Source of the DNA: Prorocentrum cordatum
Taxonomy: Eukaryota
Length of the DNA stretch: 64,000 bases
Reading direction: 5' to 3'
Assembly: GCA_963575745.1 (NCBI GenBank)
Contig: CAUYUJ010000001.1
Span: 868,001-932,000 of the forward strand
This document shows positions 25,824-34,340 of this stretch, in pieces. Below the pieces are notes generated by a model. The model worked only from the letters and a program-made list of their open reading frames with translations. It was not told where the DNA came from and made no database searches. Both the position numbers and the translations under genes were made by a program. Each line of letters starts with the position of its first letter. Position 1 is the first letter of the stretch.

Positions 25824-25875
25824 CTCCTCCTCCTCCTCCTCCTCCTCCTCCTCCTCCTCCTCCTCTTCCTCCTCC
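25824..25875 (+). repeat. (TCC)n tract forming the LINE 3' boundary
   Basis: Follows gtacgttca directly; no poly(A). Confidence 0.95.
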
Positions 25876-25911
25876 TCCGTAGCCATTTTGGCTCAAGCCA
25901 TGTGGCTCAAG
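25876..25911 (+). other. Perfect DinoSL followed by a tandem relic SL
   Basis: TCCGTAGCCATTTTGGCTCAAG (25876-25897) then CCATGTGGCTCAAG (25898-25911), i.e. SL nt 8-22 with one deletion and one substitution. Confidence 0.95.
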
Positions 25912-26709
25912 ATCGTCGCCGCAGGCCCCGCCGCCGTCGCTCCGATGCCGGGTACGCAGGACGCCCGCTGCGCGCGCGTGTCGCAGGACGCCCTCCGCGG
26001 GGCGCTCCTGGCGACGCATGCTGCTGCTGGGCTGACGGGCGGGCATCGCGAGGCACAGCGCCTCGCGCGAGCCGCCGAGGGTCTCCTGAGGTCGGCCGTC
26101 GCTGTGCTTGCGGCGCCGCCCGCCCCCGCCGCGCCCCCCAGGGCAACGGCATCGCCCGCTGTTGCCTCTCGGCGGCGGCGCCGTCCGCGTGGGCGAGGTG
26201 GGCGAGCGGGTGCGGGAGTGGCGACGCTGGCGGCGGCGATGGAGTGCGACGCGGAGGACGAGGAGGAAGGAGTGGTGCGCGCTGCGATGGGCGACGCGGC
26301 GCAGGGCAAGGACAACAGCACGGGCCAGGGCGGCCCGACGCCACTCCATGGCGCCGCAGCGCCGCGGGCGCTTGCTGGCCCCTCCGAAGCGGCCGAGGTG
26401 GAGCAGGACGCGCAGGTCGGTGAGGACCTGATCGACGACACCTGGGCCGATGGCCTGCGGCGGGCGGCGGCTCCTGCGGCAGTCGCTGCGGGAAGCGCGG
26501 GGCGCCCCAGGCAGAAGGGCGATCGCGTCCGCATCGTGGAGGGCCAGTACGCGGGGCGCACTGGCACGGTCGTCGGTGCAGGCGAAGCGGTCGCCCGAGT
26601 CCGCATCGATGGCGCTGGGCTGCGCACGAAGCTCGCCTTCGAGCCGTTCGGCAACATCGTGCGGGAGGACGGCGGGGGCAGCTCCGGTGCGGCGGGGGGA
26701 GGACGATAA
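25900..26709 (+). CDS. Intronless Ala/Gly-rich protein (269 aa) with a C-terminal KOW motif; retrocopy or non-autonomous element ORF
   Basis: First ATG after the SL is in frame with ORF 25687-26709. KGDRVRIVEGQYAGRTGTVV...VRID (~26515-26610) fits the KOW pattern of NusG/Spt5/L24/KIN17. Confidence 0.65.
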   Translation: MWLKIVAAGPAAVAPMPGTQDARCARVSQDALRGALLATHAAAGLTGGHREAQRLARAAEGLLRSAVAVLAAPPAPAAPPRATASPAVASRRRRRPRGRGGRAGAGVATLAAAMECDAEDEEEGVVRAAMGDAAQGKDNSTGQGGPTPLHGAAAPRALAGPSEAAEVEQDAQVGEDLIDDTWADGLRRAAAPAAVAAGSAGRPRQKGDRVRIVEGQYAGRTGTVVGAGEAVARVRIDGAGLRTKLAFEPFGNIVREDGGGSSGAAGGGR

Positions 26710-26849
26710 TGCCCAGTCGGGCCGTCCTCCCCCTCACGGACTTCTCCTTCGGCGCCCTCTTCGACGGCAGCATGTGTAAGTCCGTCTTCTGAGTTGGCCT
26801 TCTCGGCTTAGGCCGAGGTGGGGCACGACCCGCGCTTCGCGGCCCGCTT

Positions 26850-26904
26850 CTTCTTCTCCTTCTTCTCCTCCTCCTCCTCCTCCTCCTGCTCCTCCTCCTC
26901 CTCC
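26850..26904 (+). repeat. (TTC)/(TCC)n tract ending the KOW unit
   Basis: Directly visible. Confidence 0.9.
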
Positions 26905-27462
26905 TGCCGTCGCTGGCTTACTGCGGAAGACAGACGTGGTAAAGATCAATGGCTACCTGACGACACTGCGCGGGAAAGCGATGAGAACCCGCCCGCGGAC
27001 ATGATTGGCATCCAGAAATGGCCCTCGTCGCTGTCATCCGGGTGGGAGACGCTACGCCAGCATCTCTCTCGAATGCCTCTCTCGAAGCTGCAGCCAGTCC
27101 TCAGGACGCTGTCGGCGGCATTGACAACAAGCTACCTCATGCACGTCCACCCGCATAAACTCAACTCAACTACATATTCGGCCTACGGCGAGAACACATC
27201 GACCATGCTATCGCGCGCATGGCGGTCGCCTACAAGGCCTTCACTTGCCTGCGCCTCCACAAGCAGAGCAACCTGAACCCCTTCACGGCCTCCGACACCA
27301 AGGTCTGGGCGGTGGGCCACCGGGACAGATTCCTCAACAAGAACGTCGCGGCTGTCGCCGCCGCCCACCGTGCCCTGAGGCTGCCTGCTTGCCTCGTGGG
27401 CGGCGCGGGGCTGCGCAGCCGTCTATGATCGAACGGATCGTCCCCATCGGCGAACGTCCGCT
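26905..27462 (+). mobile_element. 5'-truncated 3' end of a related LINE
   Basis: WETLRQHL..LQPVLRTLSAALTTSYLMH and MAVAYKAF resemble WTTLAKAL..WAVFKTLSGGWT..MH and VALAFHMY of the upstream ORF2 C-terminus. Followed by (TCC)n. Confidence 0.6.
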
Positions 27463-27645
27463 CATCTTCCTCCTCCATATCCTCCTCGTCCTCCTCCTCT
27501 CCTCCTGTCCCTCCTTGTCCTGCCTCCTCCTCATCTTCCTCCTTCCGCCTCCTTCATGTTCCTCCTCCTCCTCTTCCTCCTCCTTCTCCTCCTCCTCCTC
27601 CTCCTCCTCGTCCTCCTCCTCCTCCTCCTCCTCCTCCTCCTCCAC
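27463..27645 (+). repeat. Degenerate (TCC)n tract closing the array
   Basis: Directly visible. Confidence 0.9.
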
Positions 27646-29614
27646 CTAGGGCCATCAGCACAGGCGCAAGGTCGCCGAGTGGTTCGAGGCAGTTCCACCC
27701 ACCGTGTGCCCAGAGCAGACAGGTTGCCAGGTATGGAGAAGACTACGCTGCGCTGTGGCCTCCAAGTTCATTGGGGGCAGCTACACACAATATGCAGACG
27801 GCCGACGGACTCTGCAGTGCTGCGATGATCGAATGTTCTCGATCAGATCGGCGAACGTTCGTGCCCACTTGTGGCGCCACGCCCTTTCGGAAGGAGACAT
27901 CCCGGGGGTATAGTTCAAGAAGGTCTGGGGTCATTCCAGTCAGGCAGACGTCCGTGAAGATCGCATGTCAGAATTCGCGAGGCAAGGTGGCCACGAATCG
28001 GACAGAGTTGGTCAGAACGGCGCGTCTCTCAGATGAGGCTGCCATACTATCGGACAACAGTATGCTGGTCGTTGCCCGGTTGGCGCTGAGTGTCATAACC
28101 ACGGTTGCGTCTTTTTCATTCAGAGGGGGCAGTTTCGACAACGTTGGAGTCGAGGGACTCACTCTGATTTTCTCTGGGGGGTGGAGGTGTCGAGGTGGCC
28201 ATAGACGAGGCCAGGAGGGAAAAGGCTGTGAAGGAGAAGCAGGCTGGCTGCTGCTTCGGACCGCGCCCCCACCCCCAGACGCTCCCGCTGAGGGCCCCGA
28301 GGCCAGCCCACCTCCCGAGGGCCTCAGTCCAGACCTCTGTGGCTTCGCTGAGGGACCGAAAAGAGGCTCCCAGGGAGGCAGGGGGGCCATCTCTCGCTCG
28401 AGTTCCCGGCGTTGCAGGAGGGAGCCCCTTCTACTGTGCTTGCCCCTCGTGCGGGAGCTACGCCACGGTGGCCCCAGCCGCGAGGGGACGCAAGGCAGCG
28501 TGTCTGTGGCGGCAAGCTGACTGTTTTGGCGCTCGCAAGAGAAAAACAGGGCGTCCCTTTGCAAGCCGAGGCACCCAGGCCGCCCTTTCAAGCTTGGACC
28601 GTGGCAGCTGCCAAGGGATTTGGCCCGCAGGTTGTTCCAAGGTGTGCTGGACAGGCCTCTTGCTGTGTCCAGCAGAGCGGCGGCCCATGTGGGCCAGGGG
28701 GCGGCGAGGGCCAGACACAGCCTATGCTCGGCGGGCTGCCTCCAGAGCGCTGGCTTGAACGACGACGGGGCCAGGAGTTCTGGCGCCAGGGTCCGAGAGC
28801 GGAGGTCCCGCGATCTCTATGACGACGAGAGTGGCGTTGTGTGTTCTAGGGGGGGCCTTGTCACGGGCCCACGGGGCGGCCTGTCAAAGCCGCTTCGTGG
28901 TGTAACAAGGTCCTTTTCCTATGGGCCTCCCCTTAGGTTTGTGGCTGACCACCGAACTTCGCTTGCTTTTCTCTCCCTTCAGTGGCGTGCGAGTATCCTC
29001 CTTCCGCCTCTCTCCTTCCGCGCACCCACGCACAGGCCTCCAGGCGCTGCCAGCCCTGCTGCCCGGCGTCCCCGCGCGGCTGCCCCCGCTGGCGCTCCCC
29101 GCGCCCACCGCGCGCGCTCCCCGCGCCGATCGGCCCCGTGCCGGAAAGGCTCCCGGACTCGCAGTGTCGGGCGGGTGGTGCCGGGGACCACCCCGATTCG
29201 TCGAGATTCCTCCAAAACATTCGACAAATTTGGCGACAAGACGGGCCCGAACACCATTGTCGGGCGGGTGGTAATGGGGTGACCTTCATCGGGGGGTGGA
29301 GAAAAGGGCCCCAAAGGGGTCCTGTAGGGCCCCTCTTGGAGCCAGCAGGGGCCGCAAAGGCGCCCTGAAGGGCCCCTTTCTAAGACATTTCTTTTCACCC
29401 TCCATGTAAGTCACCCCCCATGACCACCCGCCCGACAATGGTTTTCGGGCTCGTCTTGTCGTCGAAACATGTCGAAAGTATTCGAGGGATTTCGAAACTC
29501 GGGGTGGCTCCCATCAGCTGTTCCTCGTCGAGCGCATGCCGGCGGTGCCCGGGTCACCCCGAAAGGCAGACCGCGACCCGAACTGTGGCTCGAAAACCAA
29601 CAGGAAATGTAATC

Positions 29615-30420
29615 GGATCCGATCTCACTGTCGATCTCATTCAACGGGACACCACGGGACACCACGGGACACCGCGGGACACCGCGGGACACCTCTCGAT
29701 CTCACGATCGATCTCTGTATCGATCTCACTTTTTTTGGACACCACGGGACACCTCGGGACACCACATCGATCTCACTTTCGATCTCACTATTGATCTCAC
29801 TCATCGGGACACTTCGGGACACCGCGGGACACTTGTCGATCTCACTATCGATCTCGCTTTCTGGGACACCACGGGACACCTCGGGACACCACATCGATCT
29901 CAGTATCGATCTCACGATCGAACTCACTATCGATCTCACTATAGATCTCACTCAACGGGACACCACGGGACACCGCGGGACACCACGGGACACTGCGGGA
30001 CACCGCAAGCCACCGCCGGACGGACGGACGGACGGGCGGGCGGGGGAGAATCATTTGTCTTGATTTCGCCCTAGCAACTGCGGACACCACGGGACACCAC
30101 GGGACACCGCGGGACACCGCGGGACACCGCGGGACACTGCAAGCCACGGGGGAGAATCATTTGTCTGGACTTCGCCCTAGCAACGGCGGACACCACGGGG
30201 CACCAGGGGACACCACGGGACACCGCGGGACACCGCGGGCCACCTCCAGACGGGCGGGAGCGGGAGAATCATTTGTTGTGGTTTTTCTCCTAGCAACTGC
30301 GGACACCACGGGAAACCACGGGACACCACGGGACACCACGGGACACCGCGGGACACCGCGGGCCACCGCCGGACGGGCGGGAGGGGGAGAATCATTTGTC
30401 TTGACTTCGCCCTAGCAACG
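29615..30420. repeat. Composite satellite: 10-bp GGGACACCRC blocks alternating with 12-bp ATCGATCTCACT blocks and a ~120-bp higher-order unit
   Basis: Tandem units visible; gagaatcatttgtc...cctagcaac recurs four times. Confidence 0.9.
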
Positions 30421-30879
30421 GCGGGTTCGTTTCTCTCGCGCGCCCATGCAGCTTCGCCTCGCCCGCACGCACGACACGAACGAAACGAAACGATTTCCTG
30501 GTTGGGGGTCGCCGTTCCATTGCGATCTCGCCCCCCAACCTCCGATATATTCCCTGGCGATCTCGGGCATGACTGGGTGGCGGGGGAGAGGAGGGAGGAG
30601 GGGGCCTGTCATGTCGCGCTTCGCGCCAGCGCCGTCTAGGAATGCCCAAGATGGGATCATTCCCACACTGCGCTAGGTCGAATCGCCACGGCGCGGGGGG
30701 AGGGGGAGAAGGGCGGGCCGGTCACGGGCGCGATCGCGAATAATGAAAATGATTCCGATGGTAGGACTCCGCATGAGCATTTGCCAAATGAATCTGGAAG
30801 TACACCTCATCGTCGTCCATGTCATTGCGGAGGCTCTTTTTCTGTGTTCTTCTCACCATTATCTCTGGTGAGATGTCGG

Positions 30880-30955
30880 AGGTCCTCCTCCTCCTGCTTC
30901 TCCTCCTCCTCCTCCTCCTCCTCCTCCTCCTCCTCCTCCTCCTCCTCCTCCTCCC
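30880..30955. repeat. (TCC)n microsatellite
   Basis: Directly visible. Confidence 0.95.
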
Positions 30956-31371
30956 ACTCCCTGGAGTCAAAAAATTACGTCATTTACAAGATTTGAACGG
31001 CCCGCTCGGATTCGAACGAGGAGGTGGAGACCCTATAGGGAGGGCTCCCGCCTGAGAGTTTCTCGCGATTCATTCACAGACGAGACTCCCGCTCGAGACA
31101 TCCTCCACATTCAACCTGGGGAACCCAAAAGTGACGACAGCTAGAAGATTTGGATGACCCGCTCGGATTCAAACATGGAAGTTGAGACGCCATAGGTAGA
31201 GGGTTCCCGCTCGAGACTTCCTCACGGATCACCTACGAACGAGGCTTCCGGTCGAGTCATCCTCGAGATTCAGGCTTGAGGAGGTCAAGAGTGACGACAG
31301 TTACAATGTTTGGATGGACCGTTCGTCTTCGAACATGGGGGTGGGGACCCCATCGACCAATACAAGATTTG

Positions 31372-31393
31372 TCCGTAGCCATTTTGGCTCAAA
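31372..31393 (+). other. DinoSL (21/22) at the 5' end of the retrogene
   Basis: TCCGTAGCCATTTTGGCTCAAa. Confidence 0.95.
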
Positions 31394-31460
31394 ATTTGGC
31401 CCACTCACATAGACCGGAAGGCGTCGGCATCGTTGCTGCTTTCTCACCCAAGCAGCAGAG

Positions 31461-31769
31461 ATGGCGCCGATGATGAAGTCCACGGTCATGACCAAGAGCG
31501 CCCTCACCGCAGCACTCGCGGAGGCCTGCGAGGTCAAGAGGGGCGTGATCGGCACGGTCTTGAGCACCCTCGCGAGCATTGCGACAAACGAGGCGAAAAA
31601 AAATGGTAAGTTCGTCATCCCGGGCGTTGCGATGATCAAGACCCGCCAGAAGAAGGCGACCAAGGCCGGGAAACGCGAGATCTTCGGGAAGGTTGTCATG
31701 GTGAAAGCAAAGCCGGCCAAGACCATCGTTAAGGCCTTCCCCGCAAAGGCCCTCAAGGACGAGTTCTGA
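31461..31769 (+). CDS. Dinoflagellate histone-like protein / major basic nuclear protein (bacterial HU-derived, HCc-like), intact intronless retrogene
   Basis: 102 aa, Lys/Ala-rich, HU-fold pattern MTKSALTAALAE...GKFVIPGVAMIK...KAKPAKTIVKAFPAKALKD, with strong GC3 codon bias. Confidence 0.9.
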   Translation: MAPMMKSTVMTKSALTAALAEACEVKRGVIGTVLSTLASIATNEAKKNGKFVIPGVAMIKTRQKKATKAGKREIFGKVVMVKAKPAKTIVKAFPAKALKDEF

Positions 31770-31992
31770 GGGCTTCCCAGTCTGTGGCGAGCCCCATGAA
31801 GAGGCTCCGCGTGTGCTTCTCCAGTTCCTCCTCGTCCATCCCGTCCTCCTCCGAACGATCTTCATGCCACACCTTGTCCAGGTTGGCTGGAGGGTGCGTG
31901 GTGATGCATGGCCTTCTGGTCCCAGGAAGCTCGGCGAGCCGACCACATGTACTCCACATCCGTCTCGCAGAGGGAAAAAGATTTTAACACAC

Positions 31993-32022
31993 AAAACCAA
32001 AAAAACAAAACAAAACAAAAAA
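31993..32022 (+). other. Decayed poly(A) tail of the retrocopy
   Basis: aaaaccaaaaaaacaaaacaaaacaaaaaa about 220 nt after the stop, immediately before the TSD. Confidence 0.85.
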
Positions 32023-32649
32023 CGACCATTACAAAATTTGTATGACACAGTTCGGATTCGAACGCGGAGGCGGGGACCCCATAGGGAGAGGGCTCCCACT
32101 CGAGACTTCCCCACGATTCATTCACAATCGAGGATCCCGCTCGAGGCTCCCTGAGGATGAGTATCTGAGTGTGTGCGGGGATCACATCGGGAGAAGGCTC
32201 CCGCTTGAGATTTCCTCGCGATCCACTCACGAACGAGAGACTCCGGCTCAAGACTTCCCCCAGAATTAGGCCTGAGGAGCCCAAAAGTGATGACAGGCAT
32301 GGGATGTTGATGACCCCATTCGGACTCGAACTCGGAGGTGGGGACTCCACAGGAAAGGGCTTCCGCTCGAGACTCCCGCGCGATCCACTCACGAACGAGG
32401 CTCCCGCTCGACACTTCCTAAAAATCTCAAAATAAGTGTGCGATTGTGTGTGGGTGCGTGAGTGTTTACATGTGTGTGGATGTGTGACTGTGCGAGCGAA
32501 TATGTGTGTGAGTGTGAATGAAATGAGGAGGGGGGGCAGAGGGGGGAGGCGTTGTACTCCGCGGGGGCGCCCAGAGAACATCATCGAGGCGAAGGACCCA
32601 ACCATATGCGGCTGCGAGTACCGCAAGGCAGGCGGGACGAAAGAGAGGC

Positions 32650-33400
32650 AGCTCCTTATGGAGCCACGGAACGAAAAAGGGGTGTGCCGAATCGGATGCG
32701 GTGCCGCCATGCGAACGCAGCCAATGCGGCCTTCGGTGGATCTCCCGACGGGGCCACGAAACGTGTGAGGGCTGTGCCGAAATGGTGGCGACTACGCCAT
32801 GCGAGCGCAGCCACTGGGGCCTTCGTGGAGCACCATATTGGGTCACGTTGCGTGAGAGTGTTGTGTCGAATCCAGCGCGGGTACGCCATGCGAGCGCACC
32901 CATCGAGGCCTTCGGTGGAGCTCCCCATAGGGGCCACGAAACGTGTGAGGGTTGTGCCGGGTCGGGGGCGGGGACGCCATGCGAGCGCAGCCACTGTGGC
33001 CTTCGGTGGAGCTCCTTATGAGGCCACGAAGCGTATGAGGTGTTCGCCGAATCGGGGGCGGGGGCGCCATGCGAACGCTGACGTTTGGGCAAAAGTTGAT
33101 GCTTCCCGTGGGGCCAAGAAACGTGTAAGGGGTGTGCAGGATCGGGGTTTTAGTTGGGGCTCCTCATGAAGCCACGAAACGTCTGAAGGGTGTTCGGAAT
33201 CGGGTGCGGGTGCGCCATGCGAACGCTGGCAGTTTGGCCTTCGCTGGGACTCCCTACTGGGGACACGAAACGTGTGAGGGGTGTGCTGACATGAACATAC
33301 GAAGGGCAGAGGCAGGGATGGGAAGAGGGAGGAGGGGGCAGCGGGATGGAAGGAGATGCGGGCTGCCTTCTCTTCAAAATGAGGACCCAACGCCACAGGA
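32650..33400. repeat. ~87-bp tandem repeat (~7 copies) with a conserved tail; a single unit plus tail recurs at ~35570-35815
   Basis: gccatgcgagcgc..ggccttcggtggagctcc..ggggccacgaaacgtgtgaggg; tail ggcagaggcagggatggga...ctcttca.aa.gaggacccaac at both loci. Confidence 0.85.
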
Positions 33401-33829
33401 TGGCTGGGGACAAGAACCCCATTCAGGATATGGGGAACATGTATTATTTCTTTCTCGCCTCCAACCCCCGACTCTTCCACGAGAAGCCAAACCGGTCAGA
33501 AAAGGAGAGACACTCGGGGAGACACCCCCAGGAGAGCTACCCTGTTGCACCCCATACCGAGGATGGACGCCCGACGATCGTGTATCCCCGAGTTTGGCCC
33601 AAAATTGTTGGTTCACTCGAAAGTTCCATTCGGAAGTTTCACGAAGTCGGGGATGGGGGCCGACATGTCGTCTGTTACGGACGTTCTCGGACGCTTCCGT
33701 CGGTTACTCGGGATGCTTGTCAGCGGTTGCGCCTTGCCGAGAGCGGCCCACGACCTTTTTTGAGACTCCGCCCAGAAGGCAGCCACCTTTCCTCCACCTC
33801 TTGAGGAGTTCTCATGGGGGTAAATTGGC

Positions 33830-34340
33830 CCATCCTGGGCTGTCTTGGGCTTCTGTGGGGCAGTCTTCGTGAACCCTAAGGGGCTCTTTTCGGCCGTCCT
33901 AGGGCCATCTTTGGGTTGTTTTGGAGCCCTTTCGGGTCGTCCTGGGGCTCTCTTGACCATGCTGTCGTGGGAGTGTGTTGAGGCATTCTTGGACCGCCTA
34001 GGGGCCCTTTTAGTTCGTCTTGGATCCCTCCAGGGACCCTCTTGGAACAACCTGAAGCTTTCTCGGGGCCGACCAGAGGCCCTCTTGGAGCTTTCGGTGG
34101 GCCGCACTCATGCCCTCCAAGACCGCAAGTGGACCGACTTTCGGCCAACGATCTTAGAAATCGAAAAAACACTGAACGCACTGAACTCTTCAGGCCCTCC
34201 TGGACAGCGCATTGGGCTGCCTTGGAACCTCTATTCGGGCATGGTGGGCGCCTCTTAAGAGCTGGTGGGAGCCTCTCAGTCTTGGGCCCATGTTGAGCCA
34301 TCTTGGCGGCCTCCGTGGCCTTCCCAGAGGCCGTCTTGGA
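33830..34340. repeat. GGGCC(G)TCTTG-type short-period satellite-like repeat (related copy at 43205-43810)
   Basis: Recurrent ggccgtcttgg/ggcctcttgg units. Confidence 0.6.

Larger units (their letters stand above)
30980..32430. repeat. ~150-160-bp degenerate tandem repeat, interrupted by the retrogene
   Basis: Unit (aagatttg..gacccgctcggattcgaac..ggagaccc.ataggg..ggctcccgctcgagac) near 30985, 31143, 31301, 32032 and 32300. Confidence 0.8.

Noticed and set aside
19990..25875. Target-site duplication for the LINE
   Set aside because: Both flanks are (TCC)n, so a TSD cannot be distinguished from target or tail.
31461..31769. DVNP (dinoflagellate viral nucleoprotein)
   Set aside because: The sequence follows the HU/HLP pattern and lacks DVNP-type motifs such as KTxGGL and KNKxGKIVSK.
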